DNA of 63,983 nucleotides, counting the filler, from Choristocarpus tenellus KU-1152 (taxonomy: Eukaryota > Protista > Phaeophyceae): the NCBI GenBank assembly GCA_964200185.2. It is 14 parts of 14 records of this genome, joined end to end, with 100 filler letters (N's around TTAATTAATTAA, not from the genome) between each part and the next. Parts side by side here need not be neighbours in the genome. Positions count along the whole stretch, not along the records: positions 1 to 2,775 come from CAXNAD020024852.1; positions 2,876 to 7,310 come from CAXNAD020014569.1; positions 7,411 to 10,685 come from CAXNAD020021107.1; 11 more parts are not named here. One strand, given 5' to 3'. Made by a program: the position numbers and the translations under genes. Each line of letters starts with the position of its first letter. Position 1 is the stretch's first letter. The notes under the pieces are model-generated. The model was not told the DNA's origin and made no database searches. It saw nothing but the letters and a program-made list of their open reading frames with translations. This document shows positions 1 through 10,785 of the stretch, one piece after another.

Positions 1-281
1 CCCCCCCCAATTAAGTATGCTCACAATTGGTGTCTCCCCACTCTATATCTGGATCCATACAAACCCCCGTGGAGGTCGTGGCGCTTGAAGATACAACGAC
101 TGAACCTCGAGGAATGTTTTTTGACCATCTCATTTTGCAATCGATTGTGCAGCAAGTACTATGGGGGAAGCTTGTCCCTGCCTTCCTGAGGATGCAAACT
201 GGGAGGAGGGAAGGAGGGCAGGCTGCAGGGTGTGTGTATGTGCATTGGCATCTACTGCAGTTCTCAAAGGAACAAGTCAAG

Positions 282-325
<44 letters not shown>

Positions 326-1825
326 AATTTGGAGTCATACCAATACCACAGAGATTTTCGTCAAAATGACCTCTTTTATGTTCGCTAGGATTTGTCACAA
401 CCTTCAGTGTGTACTGGAAGTGCTGACATCTCCTAGAAGCTGCTTCTGCCCTTCTTGATGCAGTTACCTAGAGAAGAGGGGATTGACCTCTCCGTGAATG
501 TGGAAAGAAGCCCCAAGAGCAGGCGTGGCGTATGGATAGGAAAGATGTTGTAACCTCAACCATAGTTGTGATTGTGGACTGTGAATCGTAGGGAGGTAAG
601 TGAGGTGGTAGTAGGGAAAGGCAAAGGAACACGTACATTCCATTGCCTTGTTCAATTTTGTTATAGGGCTGGCAGCACCCTCAAAGTCTGGTACATGTTG
701 TGGCGGCCCTCCCCTTCCACAACAGTCCTTTACACCGCATCCTAGGATCCCCACACATCTCCAAGAAGCCACATGCTACTGTGTTTAGTGAAGAGCACCC
801 AACAATCTTGGGGGTTGTTTCATCCTGGTTGAAGGGACGTAGGGTAGTTGTGATGGGAAGGACTACTACTTTCTTGGTGATAGTGACGTAGAGGGTCCTA
901 GGTAATATATAATTTTTCTTTGGTTGTTGTGCATGGCGGGAGAGGGGGGGGGGGCTGAAGGTTGTACAGAAGGTGACACGCACAATCTTTTTGAGATTTT
1001 GGGTGGGCTCCTTTGAAACACCAGATTTTTAAGGCATTTCCATTACCATGCCTTTACATCTCCTTTGTGGAGCATCGGATGGTGGGTGTATGGGTGTGGA
1101 TGTTGGTTGATGGTTCTGTTTGTAGTGCAGTGTTTGCCAAGAGAGTAGCAAGGCATTTTGATAGGTAGGACGGAATGGTGTGTTCGTAGGAGGGAAGTTT
1201 GGCCCTTGTTGTAGGTGGTGTGGTGTCAGGGTCATGTTAATTTTCACAAAGTGCTTCATTAGCTAGGAAAATGAAATGTTATATATGGATTATGTTGTAT
1301 GCCCAGGCAGGGAGAATCTTGATCTGATGCAAAGACTTGTGTAATGACAAGATGGAAACGACAACTAATGGTAACAAAATTACTAGCAAATCAACAATTG
1401 ATTGCTGGGAGAATGGGGGGATTGTTCCGGCGTACCTTCAACAGTTGAATTCACCCTTACCTCTGTTATTTTTCTTCCTTTTCTTGTTTATGAAGTGTTG
1501 ATTGATGCTCAATAATGCTGGATGCAAGTATGGTTGGAAGCAGGATAGTTGCATGAACTGCAACTAAAGGGTCAGGGTTTGACTTGATTGGTGGCTATTT
1601 TTTGTATTATAATGTTTAAAATCTCCCATGTAGTACGGTAGTTCAGGACAAGTAGTATGCTGGCGAGTTTGTCTCCACATTTTACCATTGTTTGACATTT
1701 TTTGGATACTTCAGCGAGAGAACCCAATATTGACAATGAATGATCATGACATTGGTAAACACTACATTTATGTATGTATATATGATGTCCCCATGACCTA
1801 CCAGTAAGCGCTGTGACACCATTGA

Positions 1826-2087
1826 GAATCAAAGTAAATGAGAGGTACTCAAGAGTTGCATTTTGAGGATATATATATATATATATGCACAAGATTCGTC
1901 TTTTTTTCAAACGCGTGTAAGGCGTTTTCTGGTTCGTGTAGAAATTTGTGAAGCAACAGAGAAATCAATCTTCTCAAGACAAACGTAGCACTTCATCCAT
2001 AGAAATAGGGATGGATTGCCGAAGATTAAAAACCGGCTAAAAATGCGAAACGCCCAAAACCTGGGTCCTCCTCGTTCACTTTGACTC
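1826..2087 (+). mobile_element. MITE family C (older)
   Basis: GAATCAAAGTAAATGAGAGGTAC..gagttgcattttgaggat ... CTCGTTCACTTTGACTC; homologous to 7715 and 46449 copies. Confidence 0.75.
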
Positions 2088-2775
2088 ATTGTATGTATTG
2101 GGAAAAAGCACTAATATTTTGCAGTCTTTCCATTAATGAAGTTGCTTCATTAGGTTGGCCTCAAGGCATGTGCCTTGTGTTTTTAAATATATAATATATA
2201 TATATTGTATTGGTGTAAGGTTGTCGATCCCTTATTCAATTTTTCATCTGTAAAGATGGTAGTGCATTTTGGGGCCCAATTACACAACAATGGTACAATA
2301 GTTGATTGTAGTCTTGGCCTCATACATAATGCAGCAATAAATCATTGTATTGTGGACTAACAAGAGTTGTTATTTTTATCCATCTTTTTTACGTTAATGC
2401 TCCTCTCAGGCTCAGCATTGAAAATTTATGTACCAACATCATTAATGTGAGTACGAATAATGATTATTGTTAGTTGTTCGAGTACAACACCACAATAAAA
2501 ATATGATTGTCCTGTTTGAATAAATGATACAATACTACTAGGTGGTAAAATAATGGACATGAAATAATGTTGATCTATTGAGGTCGAACACCACCGTCAT
2601 CATCTTCGAACCTGCCCATTATGTTTGAAACATCTTTCTTGATGAATGAATTCAAGAAAGATGATGAAAAAACGGTAACATTTTATTTCAAGGACAATGC
2701 ATGCACAAGAAAATACCTAGTCTAATAAATAACAGCCTCTCAGCAAAATTGAGGATGGAGCATACTATGGAGGAT

Positions 2776-2875
2776 NNNNNNNNNNNNNNNNNNNNNNNNN
2801 NNNNNNNNNNNNNNNNNNNTTAATTAATTAANNNNNNNNNNNNNNNNNNNNNNNNNNNNNNNNNNNNNNNNNNNN
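2776..2875. other. Artificial contig spacer (first of 13: also 7311, 10686, 14041, 23618, 28806, 31488, 34974, 42038, 44761, 47489, 57157, 60485)
   Basis: Identical 44N-TTAATTAATTAA-44N; palindromic with stops in all six frames. Confidence 0.98.
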
Positions 2876-2901
2876 CTCAACCCTCTAAGATACTTTGGCT
2901 C
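2876..2901 (+). mobile_element. MITE family A, right TIR only (contig edge)
   Basis: ACCCTCTAAGATACTTTGGCTC. Confidence 0.8.
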
Positions 2902-3611
2902 TGTCTGTCTTGTTCTCCTATGGATAGGTGTCGAGCGTGCGATTGTTGTTGTGATGCTTCCTTGTCGATATTTACACGTTGCTCAAACGGTGCACGCGTT
3001 TACACACACCACAAACGGAAATCGCGAGACCCCAAGACTTTGTGTGTGAGCATCGGTACGTCGTAATGTCCTGTTTCCCCCACACGAAAAAACAAACGTG
3101 CTGCGGTACACCACAAGATCTTGAACCAACGCCAGAATAACCTCCACGTACTTGACGAAACCTTATCTCATGGCAAACGCTTCAATGCCACATGGTTGGG
3201 CTGTCACATCTACGTACATAACGTTGCAGGTATCCACGGCTCTCGTTCAAGAACACGTGATAGGCCCTTCCTGCCTGCTGGAAGCCTTGGGGCAGACCCT
3301 CGTCCCAATTCAGACGCATCTATGTTTTCTTGAGGCCGTCAATCTTCAGGGAAAGGCAATGGGACACGATGAGGCGACCGTTTTCGTTGCAAAGACCTTG
3401 GCGACGGCTACCAGATGGAGGTGAATGTGGTATAGAATGCACTGCGTTACATATTTTGTGAAGAACGAACGGCAGAGTCAACATCTTGGCACGCAGAATA
3501 TTTTTTTTTTCCATTCCAGAGTCCAAACCTATCTAATGCGGCACCCCAATACGTCGCGTAGAAAAATACGGGCCTTGCGGGTAAGTATTTGATCCATCGT
3601 GTCTTCAACGT

Positions 3612-4132
3612 GAGCCAAAATATCTTAGATGGTACGACCGCGTCCATTTGGGGGCCAAAAGCCAATGTTGCGATTTTGATGTTATTTTGGCTATCGTGTT
3701 TGTTAGGAAGTGTCAATATCTATGTTTCGGACACACTTATTCATAACGTATACATTTTACCTACGAGTGAAAGTATCTTAGAGGGTACGAATTTTGCCCT
3801 GTTTGTCCATTTGGGACTTGGCTTCCCACAGGTGTTTTATGACATTTTCCTACTCCGATATGTTTTTGGAGTAGGTAAAATTTGCACGTTATGAAAAGGT
3901 GTGTCCGGAACAAGGATATTGACACTTCCTCAAAAACATGATAGTCAAAATTACATCAAAATCCGAACATTGGAATTTGACCCCGAAATGGACGCGGCTC
4001 CACCCTCTAAGATACTTTGGCTCCTACTCCCAAACGTTTCAGATTAGGTAAAACGTCCTAAAAAAAAATGTGAAACCAAGCACTAAATGGACAAACAGGC
4101 CAAAACTCGTACCCTCCAAGATACTTTCGCTC
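3612..4132 (-). mobile_element. MITE family A (outer copy, carries a nested copy)
   Basis: TIRs GAGCCAAAATATCTTAGATGGTA / TACCCTCCAAGATACTTTCGCTC; 4-bp TSD ACGT. Confidence 0.92.
3765..4023 (+). mobile_element. MITE family A (nested copy, 259 bp)
   Basis: TIRs GAGTGAAAGTATCTTAGAGGGT / ACCCTCTAAGATACTTTGGCTC; 4-bp TSD CTAC. Confidence 0.95.
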
Positions 4133-4291
4133 ACGTTTGCCACAATAAGGTTGACGTTTTTGTACCACCTTCGGCCGAGATTACCTCCAAAAAGCATTAC
4201 ATTCATGAATGACCAAACTCTGCCCCCCCCCAAACACACATCCACCCCCCCCAACCCCTCCGCCGTCTTTGTCTTCCGCAATGCTCAGCGA

Positions 4292-5030
4292 CATGCAAGC
4301 TCATCCTCGAGTCCCGCAGAAATGGCCTTATTCCCGCTTGAAGGAAAGACTACAAGATCAGCGCAAATGACCTCCCTGCGTGGGGTGATCTCGTAGTGTG
4401 CAACTCTCCATCAGTGGCCTTCTGTTCGATCTCTCTTGAAGACCAAGAAAAACAGTGCATTTGGCTGCTTCATGTGGCCAACAACAGACAACTCAAGCGC
4501 ATGCTTTCGCTTGGAATGGAGGTGTGTGGGCCGCGCGCAGAGCTCTACTTGCGAGTGGCAGCCACTTGCCCTCTCTACTACATGCGTTGGACCGAGAAAG
4601 GAGACGACGCCAACATTAAATTCTCCTCAAAAGTTCTGCAGAGCGGAAGCCGTGACCAGGTCCTCCTCCCCTTCTCCCAGGTTGGCCCCGGGGAGATGTT
4701 CGTCACGCCCGTTGTTGGGAGGGTGTACAAGCCTCAGGCAAAGGATGACACGAGATCACCATTCCCGCGTGTTACGGTAGTGCGTTCTCGTGTGTTCAAA
4801 GTGATGAATTCGGACTCGGACTTGACGAAAATGACCAATTGAAAGCGCAAGTGTCCCTCTTTCCACACGGGTGGAAAGGGGAAAGGTCGCGAGGTATGGA
4901 GGGGCGCAGGTGATTCTGCCATGGAAGACGAGCCGGAGTATGTCAGCGACACGGAGGAGGATGAAGAGGAAAAAGAGGATGATGAAGTGTATGATAGAGA
5001 GGAGGGTGAACAGGATGACGAACAGGAGTA
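4292..5030 (+). pseudogene. Intronless disrupted ORF of unknown family with acidic C-terminal tail
   Basis: The 148-aa frame (4396-4842) reads through one TGA into KRKCPSF...MEDEPEYVSDTEEDEEEKEDDEVYDREEGEQDDEQE*. An upstream frameshifted part starts at 4292/4322. GC- and CpG-rich. Confidence 0.45.
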
Positions 5031-5032
5031 AG

Positions 5033-5380
5033 GAGTGAAACTGTCTTAGAGGGTACGAATTTTTCCCTGTTTGTCCATTTGTGGGGCTTGGTTTCCCATG
5101 TTTTTTTTTATGGCATTTTCCGACTCCAACATGTTTCATAGTAGGTAAAATGTATACATTTGTGGGGCTTGACTTCCCATCCATAGTTTTTTTTTAATGG
5201 CATTTTCCGACTCCAAAATGTTTGGTAGTAGGTAAAATGTATACGTCATGAAAAGGTGTGTCCGAGACATAGATATTGACACTTCCTAACAAATTTGACA
5301 GCCAAATTTACATCAAAATCACAAGATTGTATTTTGACCCCCAAATGGACGCGACTCTACCCTATAAGATACTTTGGCTC
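5033..5380 (+). mobile_element. MITE family A with about 85-90 bp internal tandem duplication
   Basis: Both TIRs present; 3-bp TSD AAG; the segment tttgtggggcttg...aaaatgtatac occurs twice. Confidence 0.92.
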
Positions 5381-7030
5381 AAGAAGAGAATCGGGACGAG
5401 GGGCGGGAAGGAGGGGGAGGTAGAGAGGCGGGCGGGCGCACACATTTGCAAAGTAATGATTAACCAATGGTAAACAGAGCAGATGGGAGTGTTTTACACG
5501 AACAACTTGCTTGAACTAACTACTGGACGAAGGAGGCATCATCAACATTTAACTCCTCATAACATGCTTACCAGAGTCGGCGCCCATTTTGCTTCAGGTG
5601 GCGTGCACAGTTTCGCGCGGTGGCGGGGGGAGGAGGGATACAACGAATGAGCAGGAAATTGATAAACTGGTGTTTTTCTTATTTCATGTGAAAGAAGATT
5701 TTGTTTCAAACCACATTTTTGCTCTGGGCTGTTGTCGCCTTATTCTCCCTCTTCTCCCTGTTGTTCTCTTGCGATATGTGACAAGTCAAACAAGTTTCCC
5801 GAAAAAAAAGATAAATGCACATCGGCGTATCTGACAGGGTGTGGGAGGAGGGGGGGCAGATCGTAACAAACGATAATTCGGGCATGACTGAGATATTCGT
5901 AGAAAGAGGTCGACCATCACATAATGTCAACACTTATAAGCGCTCAGCGTTAGCTTCTTCTACTCGGGGACGATAGCAATAATTGATAAACAATTTAATA
6001 ATATGGTAAAATAACACTTCTTCTCACTCGGTCGACCATCCATAATGACGATGAAACGCCACCCCGAAAGAAACTACATCGAAGTGCTATTTTTTTGAGC
6101 ATGTCGAAAAAAGCGGTACAAAATTTAATATTTTCAGATTTGGCACAAAATCGGGGTAGGTACTGTATTTATCAATTAAATATGTCCTACTACCACCTTC
6201 GGCATGGATTCCCATTCAAAAAGGGGCCCAAAAAACGTTTTATGATATTTACAGAAGAAAACATGGGCACTTTCCGCGCACCATTTCGGTCAAACCCATC
6301 CTCCATGAAATGATCCATCCGCCATTATCATGATCCGCTGTTTAACCAGTAACAAGATGACATCACGAATCCTATTTTCGAAGAACTCAGGTTTCGAAGT
6401 TCTACCTCCAGTATTATGTAATCAAGCACTCACTGATGATGCTCCTCTATAGGTCAATCAACTATCTATCAGTAATGCATGCTAACTTCTGTTAGTGCAA
6501 TAATATCAAATAGCAAAAAATAACATGTATGATCCAAGTTTGGTAAATGCAGTTATAGAAGTGTAGAAGGTCTATAATAGATGCTGTACAGACTGTGTTG
6601 CAGCGTTCCCTGTGCTTTATCATTTACTTCGAAATATGTGCTTGTTTCTCCACATGATAATCATCTGAAAAATGCCAGTGGGCATAAAATATGGTAATAC
6701 TAGAAGTATGTACACATATAAAAAGTGAGAGAAATATAAACAATGCCACTGTCAATACTACTGACTAACAACAATAATGATGTAATTGTAGCATTGTGAA
6801 CCTTTACCTTCGTCTACATTATTTTCCATAATAATAATGTTACGATAAACGAGTTTTTATTGGATATATTCATACATACATATATAATATAACATTTACG
6901 ATTACAAAGTCTGTCTACAATTGCTAACGACATTCTTCTTGTTGTGATACTTCCATTGATACTTCGTAATACAAAAAATAAATATTTGCTCAGTGAGGTT
7001 GATGTTTTGAGTACTTATCTCATCTATTTT

Positions 7031-7098
7031 ATTATTATGCCCTCTGACATTTTGGAGATGTGTCAGGGGGGAAACATATGAAAACTATAAACATGTCT
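7031..7098 (+). repeat. Dispersed about 70-bp repeat, family E (also 27211-27283 +, 49652-49725 -, partial 49868 and 53566)
   Basis: ttatgccctctgacattttggagatgtgtcaggg...atgaaaactataaacatgtc recurs with divergence. Confidence 0.65.
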
Positions 7099-7714
7099 GT
7101 ATAAGCCCTAAAGAAATAAAATGTCATAAATGTGTAAAACACTAACCTATTTGTTACTTCACCGCTATCAATATTGTACTACTGCCTTCCTGTGCCTCCA
7201 ATCTACCTAGCTATTCCTGCACCCCGGGGGGAGGAGCTAGGGAGGCATCCCAAGAATCCAATAAACCCTTCCGTGCCCATCTCCCTGGTGACTCCAGCTT
7301 AAAACGCATGNNNNNNNNNNNNNNNNNNNNNNNNNNNNNNNNNNNNNNNNNNNNTTAATTAATTAANNNNNNNNNNNNNNNNNNNNNNNNNNNNNNNNNN
7401 NNNNNNNNNNCAAAATAAGGTACACCTCACTATTGTCCTATTTTTGCACAATAACTACACGTTTGTGAGCTCTGCTAATGTGGGGAGTGGCCTATGTGTT
7501 GTGGAATGTGATTGTTACCCGGCGTTTTTTATGAGGTTGTGGTAATGCTGATTGACGTTTGGTGTCTTGAGGATTTGGCAAGGCGAGAGCATGTTTGTAG
7601 AGATCCTCCGAATTGTTGTCGATGATATCTTCCGTTGTGCTTGCTATATGCGTTTGCACGGGCCATTCCGATTTATCCAACAACAAGTGAATCTTTCCCT
7701 CTAATACTACTACT

Positions 7715-7918
7715 GGATCAAAGTAAACAAGAGGTACACAGAGTTGCATTTTGAGGATGCTGACAAATACGCGAAAATCGTTTTTTTTACAAACAAATGA
7801 AGGATATTTTCTGAATCTGTCGAAATTTTCAAGCAATGGTGACTTCAACGATCTCAAGTCAAACTTAGCACTTAGTCCATAGACATTATGGGTACCTACC
7901 TCTCATTTACTTTGCCAC
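7715..7918 (+). mobile_element. MITE family C
   Basis: GGATCAAAGTAAACAAGAGGTA ... TACCTCTCATTTACTTTGCCAC inverted termini. Confidence 0.75.
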
Positions 7919-9597
7919 ATTAAACAACTTCAATCTGCAATTTTCAAGTGGAGTGCATTGAAATTCAGTTCTCCTCTACTACCAACCACCCCCCTAATGG
8001 AAAACAAGTACAAATCCAAACCCATAGACATATCCATAGCTCAAATTTGGTCCCCAGGTCAGTGAACAAAACCGGATTGCGCACATACTCAGCTTTCATC
8101 CAGGTCAGTCGAGGCTGGAATGAAGATACTGCAAAGCGGTGCTAATTTTCTCTGTGGCAGCATCCTCCCTGCTAGGAGGATGGCTGGATGTGGTTGTATT
8201 GCTATGGAAGTATCTGTGAAAAGCAATAATTGAAGCAAAGTCAACACCAACCGCTCTATCCCCCAGCCTACACACACTTGTGTGAAGATAAACTACATCT
8301 GGTGGTTTGGAAGATTTTTGTTCTGCCGGATACTAGTGACTGAACCTCTCTCTCTCGACTCCCTCTTGTTACTGCTAGGTGGCATTTCATATCATTTTCG
8401 AGTGTAATATAAAGTGTTTCCTTTCTCCAATATTCTTTCACTTCTTTGCTTCTCCACTCTGCCGTATCTTTTTGACTCTAGACGTTGAGACGTCAAGTTG
8501 TGTCTACCATCTGCTGCACACTGGAACCTTGCCACTCGGATCCTTGCAAAGGTGTGCCCCACGGGAAACGTGTCGAAGATGGGGTCTGTTGAATTACTCT
8601 TAAAGAGCCGCAATTCCTCCCCTCGATCTACGCCCCGTGTGGTTAACCCTTCTTATGGCGACGTGTTTCATCAACCACTACAACCAACTCCTCGAACGTG
8701 ACACAGCAAGATGGAGAAGTTGTGGATTGTGACATTTCTTGTTGATGAAATCCTGAGAGTTGAATGGTGAACAACTTCTCCATCTGTGGAACTGACCTGC
8801 ATTGATTCCTTTCCATCAAAAAAGAGATTGTGCCGGCCTGGACATTTGTTGGGAAGTATTTTGGAATACAACCAATTCAGTCTATATTCAAGTGTAAAAG
8901 AAAAGGGGCTCTAGCTCACAAGGGCTCACCTTAATAAAAATAATATCCTCCCTACCGTCACTCTGGTCTACCATGCAGCAGTGAGGGTATTACAACTCTG
9001 ACAACAAGTGACTTTGCTGGGGACTGCTCTCCATCAATTTCCCTCTCATGTGCAGTGTCAATGGTTCTAAACTCTAAATTCCTTATGTCATACATTACAC
9101 AGTTTCCTATGGTCCTCGTTCTCTCTGTGACCTTGAGTTCTGGTCAAGGGCAAAAATGAACAGGGACTCCACCTCATATGGGGCATCCTCTGAGAGGCAA
9201 GGGACACTACACAAAGGAACTCTATCCCACTACGTACTTTTTGTTGGACCTTAGACAGCTCAATGACAGTACACTATCACCAGGCTAAGTCTGTCGTATC
9301 CTCTTTATTTGAGGGGACAAGCGATGAACTCGGGTGCCATTCGAGTGTACTCACACAATGATTCACTGAGAGCTGTAGCTGTTGTTGCACTACATGCACA
9401 AGTACGCTGTTGGAGAAGAGGGTGATGGGGTGATGTACAGGCATGTGGGGGAACAGGGTAAACCTGCTGGCAAGGCCCTCATCTTTATGGGGCAGGGTCT
9501 TGGGGTACACTACAATGTGGAAGCAAAACTACAGGTGCTATGATAGTTCAAGTAAGCGCACTTTTTGTTCCACACTTAAACCTTCTCCTCCGCAGCT

Positions 9598-9860
9598 CTA
9601 TCCCAGCCTGTAGAAGAGCAGATAGGCAGTTTTCGACGCCTTGAAGNNNNNNCCATGGTGTGCAAGATCCTGAGATCATCATAGCGAAACCACTTTGGCT
9701 CCTGTCCGTCAACTGGTTGTTGACACACATCTGTGTAGCAGTGTCCAGAGTGAAGGCTGTGGCCCTCGTGGTGAACAATTGCTGTGATGTGGTAGATTGC
9801 TGCTGAAGAGGAAGACGCCTCCTCAATTCCTTCTCCCCTTCCCCCCAAAGGTGAATTTCC
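9598..9860 (-). CDS. Ubiquitin-specific protease (peptidase C19/USP), terminal exon only
   Basis: After acceptor ...ggtag| the exon reads GNSPLGGRGEGIEEASSSSAAIYHITAIVHHEGHSLHSGHCYTDVCQQPVDGQEPKWFRYDDLRILH, which is the USP His-box. Across the 6-N gap (9647-9652) another frame gives FKASKTAYLLFYRLG*, the canonical AYLLFY end. Upstream exons are not in this contig. The GHCY variant leaves pseudogene status open. Confidence 0.8.
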
Positions 9861-10062
9861 CTACCATAGTGCAAGAACAAGTGGTAAGAAAAAGTAGGCG
9901 TGTTTAACAGAGCCTTGCCTATGGAGGGTGGGGTCGGTGTTGATGCAATGCTGGGCACTAGTTGCCTGATCTTCGGAATGTGCTGTTTGGCTACCTATAC
10001 CAGTCATCACACCTTTGGTCTGTACTGTGAGACAATATATCCACACAATCAAATGTAATACT

Positions 10063-10321
10063 GAGCCAGATTATCTTAGAGGGTAGAGCCGCGTCCATTT
10101 GGGGGCCAAAATCCAAATTTGCGATTTTGATGTAATTTGGGCTATTGTGTTTGTGAGGAAGTGTCAATATCCATATTCTGGACACACCTTTTAATAACAT
10201 ACATACCTTACCTATTCCTAAATATTTCGAAGTAGGAAAATGTCATAAAAGAACCCATGGGAAGCCAAGCCCCAAATGGACAAACAGGCCAAAATCCGTA
10301 CCCTTTAAGATACTTTCACTC
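10063..10321 (-). mobile_element. MITE family A
   Basis: Full length; flanks ACT / GCT (3-bp TSD with one mismatch). Confidence 0.92.
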
Positions 10322-10473
10322 GCTCCATCATACACCACCTACTGTTATACTCTACACTGTACTCGATACAATGATTTATGTACCTAGCTTCTACATCTGA
10401 ATTAAATGTACAGCATGAGACAGTTTCATTGGTGTAACCAACAGCTCCCAGTGTGTCAACATGAACAACTCCA

Positions 10474-10619
10474 GGATCAAAGTATTTGGGGGGGGTTAGA
10501 GGCTGTCCATTTGGGATCCATTTTTTCATGCCGCGATTTTTGGGAGATTTGGTTGCATACGTCGGATGGATAATGCAAATGTACCTTTCCTGATTTTGAC
10601 CCAAATGAACACCCTGGTG

Positions 10620-10655
<36 letters not shown>

Positions 10656-10685
10656 CGCCCCCCCCCCCCCCCCCCCCCCACCTCC
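10474..10685 (+). mobile_element. MITE family B (poly-G/poly-C TIRs), truncated at contig edge
   Basis: GGATCAAAGTATTTGGGGGGGG...ctgtccatttggg...cccaaatgaacaccctggtgt + poly-C. Confidence 0.85.
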
Positions 10686-10785
10686 NNNNNNNNNNNNNNN
10701 NNNNNNNNNNNNNNNNNNNNNNNNNNNNNTTAATTAATTAANNNNNNNNNNNNNNNNNNNNNNNNNNNNNNNNNNNNNNNNNNNN

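Noticed and set aside
2820-2831. Recurrent palindrome TTAATTAATTAA
   Set aside because: Always centred in identical N padding, so it is an artificial six-frame-stop linker, not biology.
5276-5473. Recurring small ORFs such as MTLPNKxDSQ...MDAxxPSKILWL and SILEGTxFALFVHLGL (3447, 9991, 44523, 46964, 52390 etc.)
   Set aside because: They are translations of non-coding MITE-A sequence with inconsistent starts, stops and frames.
2733-6340. Family-D ends at 2733 and 6340 as the two TIRs of one element
   Set aside because: They are separated by an artificial spacer and are quite diverged from each other.
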